A stretch of DNA of 64,000 nt from Lytechinus pictus (Eukaryota). Each line of letters starts with the position of its first letter. Position 1 is the first letter of the stretch. Location: NCBI RefSeq assembly GCF_037042905.1, contig NC_087259.1:16306001-16370000 (forward strand). The letters run 5' to 3'. Shown here piece after piece: positions 12,336 through 24,975 of this stretch. The translations under genes and the position numbers were made by a program. The notes beneath the pieces were generated by a model. That model had not been told where the DNA came from and ran no database searches. It saw only the letters and a list, made by a program, of their open reading frames with translations.

Positions 12336-13601
12336 AGACCGACCAAATGTATTTTACCATCGGTCGGTTTTGAGTCGGTTTCGTTTTTGTGAATGTAGCA
12401 TTAATACGCAGTCACACCAAATCGGATTCCGAACCGACGCGACGGTACGGCAATGGTAATAACTCAGTAATATTTTATCGGTTTTCGCCGGTGTGGCTGT
12501 AGCCTTATGTGACAGACATACTAACAGTTCAGCAAACGGTGTTGTTTTGTCTTTTTATTGACATACTAACACGTAGATGCCGTGGCCGAGTGGTCTAAGG
12601 CGCCTGGCTATATATTGAAAGTCTGGGGTTCGGCCGCGACACCTATGCCCTTGAGCTCTTTAATCCTGAATTAAAATAAATGGACATGCTATACGCAATA
12701 TTGGAATCTATATAGGTGTGCACTTGTACAAACAACAACTCTTAGCCGACCGACATACTGCAGGACCTATATACGCCATTGAAAATAATGCAATCCCAAT
12801 TAGACCCAATCAAATAGTTTTAACGGTCTGGATTAGGTTTTGTATGTGTGAATGTGCCATTAAATGGGATGATAGGGAAAGGGTACATGGGGGGGGGGTA
12901 TATCCCCGGGTTATATTGTTTTCAAGAAAGCGCAACTACTATATAAAATATATTGTCATGAGAAATAGCAACTTCTATAAATCTAAACAAAAATGAGACA
13001 GCTGTTCCATTGACAGGGGGTTTACATAATGTATATAAAAAAATACCAATAACATAACATACGATACATCAAATTTAATTGTGTATATGATTTCATTCAT
13101 ATGCTGATCAGTTAATTACAAGATTAGAAAAAAAAATCCACATTGAATTTCGAAACATGCTAAACATCACTCATTTTGACCCCCTCTATCGGTCATGTCA
13201 GGATATGTTCTGAATTTGGTGACACCGAGTCTAGCCGCAAAGCAACCAATTTATCGAAACAATAATTATCAAATTTTCATTGTTTGTCTGTGGTTTGGCC
13301 GTGTCTGTCAGCGGTATGCGCTAAATCGAGGATATAATCATAACCATGATTACACAAATATCTTTAATTGCATTATGACTAAAATATTAAACGTCGGTTG
13401 ATCTTGAGCTACTCAATATGTTAAATCATAAATGCTCATGTTGTCTTTATCTTCTATTAGTTTAAACCCTGACTGATTTTTTCTTTCAAGCCACTGATAA
13501 ATAGCAAATCAAATTTATTTCAAATTTGTATCAGAATTATTTGTTCGCCATACACACATGTACATGATATCACGATGATTGCAATAAGAATTAAGTAGAC
13601 A

Positions 13602-14336
13602 TACCGCCCTTTCACACGGTAAAAAAAAATCGTAATTTGAATGATGATTCCAGTGAAAAATAAGGCTAATGCCGAATATTTAACACGTGTGAAACCAATC
13701 TAGAATATGATTAGAATCACGAACGCCAATCGCAGCCACGATTACATCAAGATTCACGTGTGAAAAGACGCACATATTAAGCAAATACGATATTTATAGC
13801 AGTCCACCGAGTAGACCCAAAGAGAATATGAGAGCAAATATAATTACCATGATTAAAGACTGTAGCTGAAACAAAGGTCCCACCGCTAAATCAGGTGATG
13901 CACTTATTACAAAGTACTGACTGCTTAATATCCACCCATATTAGGGAAGCGTTGCATGAACCATCTTGTCAGTGAATTTAATTGACAAATTTGCTCCAAG
14001 CCAATCAGATGCAAACATTTCAGAAGCTTATGATAGTTGTCAGTGAAAACCTAAGAGTAATACCGCCCTTTCACACGGTAGAAAAAAAATCGTAATTCGA
14101 ATGATTCTTCCTGTGAAAAATAATGCTAATGACGAATTTCTAGCGCGTGTGAAAAGCAAACTAGAATCAAGAACGCTAATCACGATCACGAATTCAAATT
14201 CTACTCCAGAGGTGAATTCCAGTTAAGTTTCACTCAAATTACGGTACGAATTTTTCGTGTGAAAAGTCCGATGATTCTAAAGACGAATTCCAATCATCAT
14301 TACAATGATGGTTCAAGATTCACGTGTGAAAAGGCC
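13602..14336. mobile_element. Two neighbouring copies of one MITE (13602-13770, 14060-14336)
   Basis: Both start taccgccctttcacacggta and end caagattcacgtgtgaaaag. Confidence 0.75.
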
Positions 14337-17300
14337 CTTTGTTGCATGAAATGATCCTAAGGAGTTTGTGTTTCCTTGTCTACAATACTAAAACAATAAC
14401 TNNNNNNNNNNNNNNNNNNNNNNNNNNNNNNNNNNNNNNNNNNNNNNNNNNNNNNNNNNNNNNNNNNNNNNNNNNNNNNNNNNNNNNNNNNNNNNNNNNN
14501 NNNNNNNNNNNNNNNNNNNNNNNNNNNNNNNNNNNNNNNNNNNNNNNNTAATAATAATCGGCACAAATTATTGCCAATCCACTCTCCACAGACAATAATC
14601 AAACTGACCATGTGAAAATCATGACAGGTGCAGACTTTTTATTCATTCTTTTTCTTTCTATTGGCATTACATCGTCGGGGCCCTCATTTGATGTCCGAAG
14701 AGCAATGATAGGAAACGTGTGTAATTGTTCAAAGAAAGTCCGCTAATGTAATATTTCCGCTGTGTAACTTGACAATACCCATCTCCAACTGAAGATAAGT
14801 TTGGAACAATGGGATATCAACCAAGGCTAGAGCCTAGATGAATTACAAAAACAAGATCGCCTTTTCTATACCCTAATAATAGTACACTCATCGTAGTCAA
14901 AATTAAAATTAATAAAGGAATTTTAAAAGTTATGTATATAAAGGGGAATCTTATCTACAAACATCTTGCTTCTAAAGTTTTCTCCACATTTCAATTTTAT
15001 GTACTTCATTCATGTACCATGTTGATTGAGAATGCTTGTTATTCATTTCATAATCATTGTTTGTATGTAAAGGTTGCCCAGCTAAGCTATGTAATTGTAC
15101 CAGTTTTGCAAACGTCATGGATTTGTGGAAATAAAACAAACGAAATGAATGAAAATCAGAAAACCTCCGAGTTTTTTGTTTTATTTCTTAGTCAAAATTA
15201 TTAAAACAATATAAAGTTTACTTGGAATCTTGGAAACAAACCCACAATAACAATCAATGTCGCTGTAAAAATTATGTACAAATTCATGTAATTCAGCCTT
15301 TGGCTACTAATTGAATTTTTATCACAATTATCTATCAATCTATCTATATGAAAAGACTCTATTTCATTTTCGCAACGCTATACATAACCCTATAACCAGC
15401 ATTATATATCATCATGCACTGTTAGACAATTTATCCTTAAAATAAAAGAAGTTCCTACAGCAGAGTCTCGAGAACACCTGTAATCTTACCAGATTGCGTA
15501 ATCTTACAGGAAATTGGTATTTGGTGTATGGAATCTTACAAATTTCCTTGAATAAAACACCCTTTTTTCCTTTTTAAACAGACCTGTTCTTTAAATTGCA
15601 GAAAAATTCCTGTTTTATGAATTTACAGAATGATCCTGTTATTGCTTTCTGCAAAATCTTATTTTTTTCTGTAAAATCACGTTTTTTTTAACAGTGTAGT
15701 TAGTTGTGAATTAATGCAAATCATAATCATGTTGAATGGTAAGTCATATGTACACTGAAAATCACATTTCCCAAGCACCTCGGAGTCCCTTTTCAAATTC
15801 TATAAACATGATAAATGCTTTGCTTAAATTGTTAGGTGTTCAGATGGTTATAAAGTTGCCCGCCGCGTTTAGAGATGTGAAATTAATGCATTTATGATTT
15901 CATATTGAATGTGTTCATACAATATATTATCAGTTGGAGTTTTACAAAAACTTGACAAATTTGCTTTAAAAAAATTAAACTGCACAAATAAGACAGAGGT
16001 TTAGGTGTCCGTGAAGGTCACACAATATGTGAATTTATCTAACTACTATTTTTTAAGGACGGTTCTCACTTAACTACAGGGGGGGGGGGGTGAGGAGTGA
16101 CTGGAATTCGATGTTCATTCATACATAGACCGATATAATCCAGTGATTGGTGAAATATCAATTTAGTCACTTCTGACATTCAAGAGACACAAAAGAAAAA
16201 AATCATCCAATTTCCATGGATTTCCCGACCTCCCACGTATCAATTTTTCGTCCATGAGTCGCGAGGAAACTTTTCCTATCATTTAGTTTGTCCACACCCC
16301 TTCCCATTGCCCGACATATTCCTTTTCGTGTCATGTTTGGTTAGAGAGCGCGGGAAAAGATGGTCCCAACAGGCACAGTATCGTCTGGCCAGGCGAGAGT
16401 AGGCGTGCATTGGCCAACGCCATAGACCTACCGATGGCATTATCTCTCTGTCATAAAACGCATTGGCTCAGAAGGCTACTGAAGTTTCGACACCCATAAA
16501 AAATCCTAAGACAAACAAGAAATGATATCAAGAATGCAAGGATTTTGGTTCTTAAAAAAACATTATAATCTCTATATAACATAAATCAGTAGCATAATTA
16601 GCCAAAACAAATTGAGGAGGTAGGTATGGCGAAAGGAGCAAAATGTTTTAAAGATGCCAGCGAACGAAGAGAGCGATAAAAATTGACCGTTTAAATACTA
16701 AAATCTATTTTTGGATATATTTCGACATAATATTCAGAAACTAATATGTCTCTCATTCCCTTTCCCTTTCTTTCTTTTTCTTGTTTTCTTGAAAATTTTG
16801 TGGGGGATTTGGTGGTAAGGGGCATCTGCCAATCTGTACGCCAGTGTCTTTAAAATGATCACTAGCACAGTTATTAAGGATATGACCAGTTGATTATGAA
16901 ATCCGTGCAATAGTTTTAGATAAAGAGTGTGGCTTGTTATTTGATTTCCATTTCAATTTGTGGTTGATCATTGTTAACGAATTTCAGACTTCTGCCTCAC
17001 CTTACACAACATTCACATCCTCTTGAATGTTGGTTTCTCGTGAACTAATTTCTATAACTAGTTATGATTGAATCTACACTGCAATACATTAAATAATGTT
17101 ACTTTAAAATAAGCCCGGTATTTATGTAGGAAAGGCAATAGAGGAGTGTTGAAAAATGTTTGGCATTTGGCTGACACCAAATAGACGATTATCCAACACC
17201 CGTCAGTATTATCAAAACACCGGTATAATTCTATACTGGTCTTTTAAACACTTTCCTATTTACCTATAGATACCGTGCTGGTGTAAGCTAACACCAACGT

Positions 17301-18561
17301 TCTTGCAATTTATCGATGCAGTTCTGACGATAATCTAAACACACATGATATTTAGGCGAATGGATCATGTGGATTGGGTGGAGAAGGCATTCATCAAATT
17401 CAGCCTTAAATTATGGAAGCCTTCTAAGCTATAACCCTCTATATAAAAGATTTATCAAATAGTCAGTTGTGTATTGACCAGTTGACCCTAACCTATATAT
17501 CAACAGCAACTCGTCCTAAATGTAACGAAAAATTACGATAAAATACAAAATTGTAATGGATAATTACCATAATTACATTCTATTATTTGCTTAACCCCCA
17601 CCATCATTAACAAATTTAAAAATTCATGTAAGACGGATGGTCAGTATTGTGCTACCATTGTGTTTTCAGTCTTCTTCACCTCCGAATCGCGTCCATTTTT
17701 AGCCACATTGAGAATTATGGTCTGACGAATCCCGTCTCGCTATATGAAAGATAATTACAATATTTCATGTACCGCTTTGTCTGTTGTTAGCCGATACCCG
17801 AGGCATACTTGTTACAAAGACTAAGTAGCACCTTGTGTAATTACATTGGACAACAGGTGATTGAGAATGAGTAATGGTTTAGAGCTTGATTGAGGATACA
17901 ATTAAGTAATTAGGTCTGCCGGACACCCGAGTATCATTCAACACAGCCTATTTCAATTCATTCTCTATGAATCAAGCTTTAAAAATTTCATTTTTAATTC
18001 TGAGATAATATTTTCAAATTACAAGCAAATCTATAAACAAAGAAGAACAAAGAGAAAGCACAAATTAAAGGCAGAGTGCAATGAACGAAGCGATGTGATT
18101 TATTTTCCCATTGAGGCATAATCGTCATATCATCATTTCGTTGAAAAAAAAACCGTTGAAATGACGGAAGGCAAGAAGCCATGATAACTTCTAAACTCTT
18201 ATCAACTAGCTTATATGAAGAAGTTAGAAGAACACCATACCAGATGGCATTATATCAATTACTATCCAAAATATCAGCATACCTTCATTTAACCTAAATT
18301 GATAAAGCATTTTGTTCGAGCTTGAATTTAAGTTTTACACGTGGTAATGAGGCAAGTCATTAACCAGTGAAGGTAAATTTCAAAAATATTGTGGTAAATG
18401 TACCATAACCATGAAAACCAAGACAACAGTGTATTTTCATTGTTGAGCTTTGTAACTGTATAAGTTACCAGAATGTAACAGTTACTAAAACGTATCATTT
18501 GTTTTGGCGACGAGATCCAGATGTGTCCTGCGACCCGCAGATGTGTCAGTTTCACCATAAC

Positions 18562-21500
18562 CATGAAAAAGCATTCATAAATCCTAAATCCATGTTTGGT
18601 GCTTATCGCACAAAGAGAGAGGCCATAGCCGTGGTCGAAACTCATCCTTGGCGACAATAAACAAGGAAGAATACGAATACAACAAAATGATTCTCCTTGT
18701 GACGAATATAACAAGATGGGTCTCCTTGATGTGAAGAATACAACAAGATGGGTCTCCTTGATGTAACGAATACAACAAGATGATTCTCCTTGTTGTGATG
18801 AATACAACAAGATGATTCTCCTTGTGACGAATACAACAAGATGGGTCTCCTTGTTGTGACGAATACAACAAGATGATTCTCCTTGTTGTGGCGAATACAA
18901 AAAGATGTAGGAATACAACAAGATGATTCTCCTTGTTGTGACGAATACAACAGGATGATTCTCCTTGTTGTGACGAATACAACAAAATGATTCTCCTTGT
19001 TGTGGCGAATACAACAAGATGTAGGAATACAAAAAGATGATTCTCCTTGTTGTGACGAATACAACAAAATGATTCTCCTTGCTGTGTCGAATACAACAAG
19101 ATGATTCTCCTTGTTGTGACGAATACAACAGGATGATTCTCCTTGTTGTGACGAATACAACAAAATGATTCTCCTTGCTGTGTCGAATACAACAAGATGA
19201 TTCTCCTTGTTGTGACGAATACAACTAGATGTAGGAATACAAGATGATTCTCCTTGTTGTGACGAATACAACAAGATGTAGGAATACATCAAGATGATTC
19301 TCCTTGTTGTGATGAATACAACAAGATGATTCTCCTTGTGACGAATACAACAAGATGATTCTCCATAATGTGACGAATACAACAAGATGATTCTCCTTGT
19401 TGTGACGAATAAGATTATCATGCGTTTGGACCCGATTTAAAGACAAATTCTCTTCATCTTTTGTCTTATTTCTATCTTATTATTCAATTCAAGGTTTTTT
19501 GACCTATGGATCTGGTCTGTGGTCTCAGTCTCAGTCTGATATCTACAATCCTAATCGATGAAATTCAGATTAATTACAATCGGTTTTATTATGTAGCACA
19601 GATATGAACTTGTGTGAAATTTTGAACTAAAATCTCTCAACGTAGAAGAAATATATAACGCATTTTATATGCATGAAAAAGCATTCATAAATCCTAAATC
19701 CATGTTTGGTGCTTACCGCACAAAGAGAGAGGCCATAGCCTTGGTCGAAACTCATCCTGGGCGACAATAAACAATGAAGAATACGAATACAACAAAATGA
19801 TTCTCCTTGTGACGAATATAACAAGATGGGTCTCCTTGATGTGAAGAATACAACAAGATGGGTCTCCTTGATGTAACGAATACAACAAGATGGTCTCCTT
19901 GATGTGACGAATACAACAAGATGATTTTCCTTGTTGTGACGAATACAACAAGATGAGTCTCCTTGTTGTGAAGAATACAAAAAGATGATTCTCTTTGTTG
20001 TGACGAATACACAATGATATACAAAAAGATGATTCTCTTTCATGTGTCGAATACAACAAGATGGGTTTCCTTGTTGTGATGAATACAACAAGATGATTCT
20101 CCTTGTGACGAATACAACAAGATGATTCTCCTTGTTGTGTCGAATACAACAAGATGATTCTCCCTGTTGTGGCGAATACAAAAAGATGTAGGAATACAAC
20201 AAGATGATTCTCCTTGTTGTGACGAATACAACAGGATGATTCTCCTTGTTGTGACGAATACAACAAAATGATTCTCCTTGTTGTGTCGAATACAACAAGA
20301 TGATTCTCCTTGTTGTGACGAATACAACAGGATATAGGAATACAACAAGATGATTCTCCTTGTTGTGACGAATACAACAAGATGATTCTCCTTGTTGTGA
20401 CGAATACAACAAAATGATTCTCCCTGTTGTGACGAATACAACAAGATGATTCTCCTTGTTGTGGCGAATACAACAAGATGTAGGAATACAACAAGATGAT
20501 TATCCTTGTTGTGACGAATACAACATGATGATTCTCCTTGTTGTGACGAATACAACAAGATGATTCTCATTGTTGTGACGAATACAACAAGATGATTCTC
20601 CTTGTTGTGACGAATAAAACACGATGATTCTCCTTGTTGTGACGAATACAACAATATGTAGGAATACAACAAGATGATTCTCCTTGTCGTGATGAATACA
20701 ACAAGATGATTCTCCTTGTTGTGACGAATAAGATTATCATGCGTTTGGACCCGATTTAAAGACAAATTCTCTTCATCTTTTGTCTTATTTTTATCTTATT
20801 ATTCAATTCAAGGTTTTTTTGACCTATGGATCTAGTCTGTGGTCTCAGTCTCAGTCTGATATCTACAATCCTAATCGATGAAATTCAGATTAATTACAAT
20901 CGGTTTTATTATGTAGCACAGATATGAACTTGTGTGAAATTTTGAACTAAAATCTCTCAACGTAGAAGAAATATATAACGCATTTTATATGCATGAAAAA
21001 GCATTCATAAATCCTAAATTCATGTTTGGTGCTTACCGCACAAAGAGAGAGGCCATAGCCTTGGTCGAAACTCATCCTGGGCGACAATAAACAATGAAGA
21101 ATACGAATACAACAAAATGATTCTCCTTGTGACGAATATAACAAGATGGGTCTCCTTGATGTGAAGAATACAACAAGATGGGTCTCCTTGATGTAACGAA
21201 TACAACAAGATGGTCTCCTTGATGTGACGAATACAACAAGATGATTCTCCTTGTTGTGACGAATACAACAAGATGAGTCTCCTTGTTGTGAAGAATACAA
21301 AAAGATGATTCTCTTTGTTGTGACGAATACACAATGATATACAAAAAGATGATTCTCCTTCATGTGTCGAATACAACAAGATGGGTTTCCTTGTTGTGTT
21401 GTGACGAATTCAACAAGATGATTCTCCTTCATGTGACGAATACAACAAGATGATTCTCCTTGTTGTGATGAATACAACAAGATGATTCTCCTTGTGACAA

Positions 21501-22527
21501 ATACAACAAGATGATTCTCGTTGTTGTGATGAATACAACAAGATGATTCTCCTTGTGACGAATACAACAAGATGGGTCTCCTTGTTGTGACGAATACAAC
21601 AAGATGATTTTCCTTGTTGTGACGAATACAACAAAATGATTCTCCTTGTTGTGACGAATACAACAAAATGATTCTCCTTGTTGTGTCGAATACAACAAGA
21701 TGATTCTCCTTGTTGTGGCGAATACAAAAAGATGTGGGAATACAACAAGATGATTCTCCTTGTTGTGACGAATACAACAGGATGATTCTCCTTGTTGTGA
21801 CGAATACAACAAAATGATTCTCCTTGTTGTGTCGAATACAACAAGATGATTCTCCTTGTTGTGACGAATACAACAGGATGTAGGAATACAACAAGATGAT
21901 TCTCCTTGTTGTGACGAATACAACAAGATGATTCTCCTTGTTGTGACGAATTCAACAAAATGATTTCACTGTTGTGACGAATACAACAAGATGATTCTCC
22001 TTGTTGTGGCGAATACAACAATATGTAGGAATACAACAAGATGATTCTCCTTGTTGTGACGAATACAACATGATGATTCTCCTTGTTGTGACGAATACAA
22101 CAAGATGATTCTCATTGTTGTGACGAATAAAACACGATGATTCTCCTTGTTGTGACGAATACAACAAGATGTAGGAATACAACAAGATGATTCTCCTTGT
22201 CGTGATGAATACAACAAGATGATTCTCCTTGTGACGAATACAACAAGATGATTCTCCTTGTTGTGACGAATAAGATTATCATGCGTTTGGACCCGATTTA
22301 AAGACAAATTCTCTTCATCTTTTGTCTTATTTCTATCTTATTATTCAATTCAAGGTTTTTTTGACCTATGGATCTAGTCTGTGGTCTCAGTCTGATATCT
22401 ACAATCCTAATCGATGAAATTCAGATTAATTACAATCGGTTTTATTATGTAGCACAGATATGAACTTGTGTGAAATTTTGAACTAAAATCTCTCAACGTA
22501 GAAGACATATATAACGCATTTTATATG
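18562..22527. repeat. Three-copy higher-order tandem repeat, each copy containing a 32-bp minisatellite array
   Basis: Units start at 18562, 19672 and 20992 (catgaaaaagcattcataaatcc). Each has a ~110-bp head, an array of GAATACAACAAGATGATTCTCCTTGTTGTGAC and a ~260-bp tail. Heads and tails are near-identical between copies. Confidence 0.97.
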
Positions 22528-22909
22528 TATTTCTCTTCTCTATCATACACTGAAATGATGTTTAACTTCCTCAATTTTTGTATTTGTTATATTAACAAAT
22601 ACAAAAATTGAGGAAGTAGAAGCTTTAAACTGTGATAAGCCAGCCACTGTCAATAGAATGGTAACTGTAATGGTCACGGGAGTGCCATCAGTATTGTCAC
22701 TCTTAAAACACAATGTATTCACAGTTTTCTTGTAATAATGCAATTAAACTGTGTCTTTTCCCGCCGCTCGTGCAAATTTGATAACAATTTCTAAGACGTC
22801 TCGGGGAACTGGTCTTTTTATTCTAGGTCGACGTCATATTGATGATATCCGTTCGTCAGATATGCCTGATGCGTGTGATGAGAGGCTTCCGCGTGAAACC
22901 GAGCTTCCT

Positions 22910-23760
22910 TTAAAGGGAAGGGGGTAAAAGGAGAGAGATTTGAGAGGGGTGGGATAGAGGTGCATTTAGGCACAGAACGGGTGACTTGAATAGAGAACGG
23001 AAGAGAGAGAGAGGTAGTGTATGTGTGTGTGTGTGAGTGAGAAGGGGGCGTGTGTTTGTGAGGAGGGAGAGAGAAAGAGAAATAGGGGGGGGGGGTAAAG
23101 CTAGAGAGAAGGAGTGCATATCATTTCTGTATTTTTTCTGTATTACATTTCTTAAATTTCTTTCAGTGAAATGGAAAAATAAATGGACCAGTACAATTGG
23201 TTTATAAATTCATGTACAGTATATGCTTATGAATTACATATTTTACTGATAGCTTGATGTATATTAAGTTATTAATGAAGTTATTTGTCAGTTTATAATT
23301 GTAGTATTTCACTGCTGTTTGTAAATGTCACTGGAAGAATCAATAAATAGATTAAACCCCCCACAAAAAACATGGCAAACCCCATTGTGAGAGAGGGAAC
23401 ACAAAGCAAGAGACCATACCAGAGGGAGCTAAAATGAATGGATTGATGAGGTGGAAGAAGAAATGTATGAAAGATGCAACGGTGAGATAGAATTCTATCT
23501 CCAAAGATGCAGATGGATGATGAAAGAAATATGTATGGGTATGTGAGGGGGAGGGTAGTTTGGGGTAGGAGTCGGGTAGAGGGTGCGTGCGAACATGGAA
23601 GCGAACGCACGGAGTGGTTGAGCGCGCCGAGACGTCGTACCGCAGAGAGTTTTCACTTCATGCTGGGAATCCGTGCCACTTGTTTGCAAGCTCGCCGGTC
23701 GTCTCACCTTCTACTCCCGGGCTCCAACTGGGTTCTCACTCGGCTCCGTGTCAGGTGTTT
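22910..23760 (+). promoter_or_regulatory. Putative carboxypeptidase promoter region (GA/GT-rich tracts, CpG-rich patch)
   Basis: Purine-rich and (GT)/(GA) tracts at 22910-23110 and a GC/CpG-enriched stretch at ~23570-23750 upstream of exon 1. Positional inference. Confidence 0.35.
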
Positions 23761-24192
23761 TCTTGTCACAGAAGATATGTAAATCTGATAGCTTATATCA
23801 GTGGTTGCAGCTGGAATTAAATTCATAATTTTCGTTTTCTATTTTTTCGTGACGGTCGATGGAAGTTCAGCAGTAAAGTCATGTTGGAAGACATTGCCTA
23901 GGACCAGGTTTATATTTTTCTTGAGTAAAACCCGATAAGGCATTATCTTGCAAGTTCATGGAATAGGTTTACACTTTTAATCTATTCAGAAGAGCTTCAA
24001 TCACCTATTCCTATTGAGGACACTGTTCTACATATTTCTGTTAATATTATGAATTGAATCAGTTTGATATTGAATTTCGATGTTGTGAGCTCCGAAAGAT
24101 TGATGATGTTTTCGTCCGACTCTTCATCCATTGAAAATTATTAAGTGCGCACGGAAGAACGATATTTCAAGGAGAATAGGGAACATTTAACC

Positions 24193-24568
24193 ATGTCTTG
24201 TGAATGTGTGTGCCACTTGACCAAAGATTGTCATGCAGAAATGGTAAATAATCATAATAACAATAATGACTCTGGACGATCCAGTCAATGTTTTCCCGCC
24301 AGAGGATACAGGAGCAGACGACACCTCCCCCTTCTGTACACTTGTCTGTTCGCGGTCGCGTATTTCCTTGCCTGCCTGCCCTACCCGACTGGGGCGATTG
24401 GACAGATTCGATGGGAGTACCACGATTATGAAATGTTACATCGAGAATTGGACGAATTTCGCTTGCGCTGGCCCCAGTTGAGTAGAGTGTACACTATTGG
24501 AACCAGCGTAAAGGGGCGGGAGATGTACGTGTTGGAAATAAGTGATAACCCTGGAGTCCATGAAGTCG
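24193..24568 (+). CDS. CPE: Carboxypeptidase E/N-like (M14B) exon 1
   Basis: ATG 24193 (alternative ATG 24241), hydrophobic segment, then YHDYEML...VYTIGTSVKGREMYVLEISDNPGVHEVG. Donor G|gtaagt, phase 1. The symbol is a best guess among CPE/CPN/CPD. Confidence 0.88.
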
Positions 24569-24594
24569 GTAAGTGTGGTTTATTTTGAATTCGT

Positions 24595-24975
24595 CAAATG
24601 TCAATTCGTTCAATTGCCAACTTGTCTACTATCAATTGGTTTACCATCAGTTCGTCCACTATCCACATGGTCTGATTGCCATTTCGTCCACTCAAGTTTC
24701 GTCTGATAACCAGTTGGTCCAATAGCCATTAAGTCCATAATATTAATTGGACTAAGTGTTAATTGGGTGAAATGAATGAAAATAAAATGGAAATTAGACC
24801 AACTGGTATTGAGACATAATGGTCATAGACGAACTAGTGATTAGACGACGTGATTATTGGACCAAATGGTTATTGGAGCAAATAGATGTTAGACGAAATA
24901 TTAATGGACGAAATGGCATTAGACTAAAATATTGAAGGTAGATTTTGTGGTGAGTGGACGAGTTGGCAATTTACC
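24595..24975. mobile_element. Foldback repeat built from gtcta/tagac submotifs
   Basis: Closely similar to 2310-2672 (ccatcagttc..ccactatccacatggtct..gccatttcgtccactca). A related degenerate element spans ~5295-5970. Confidence 0.8.

Noticed and set aside
18675-22272. CRISPR-like array (32-bp palindromic repeat)
   Set aside because: Monomers are contiguous with no unique spacers, there are no cas genes, and the context is eukaryotic.
18328-22307. Long minus-strand ORFs as protein-coding genes
   Set aside because: All three frames are open only because the repeat lacks stops; there is no domain or gene structure.
22865-22905. Hammerhead-like TGATGAG...GAAAC
   Set aside because: It lacks the core C, and stem II does not pair.
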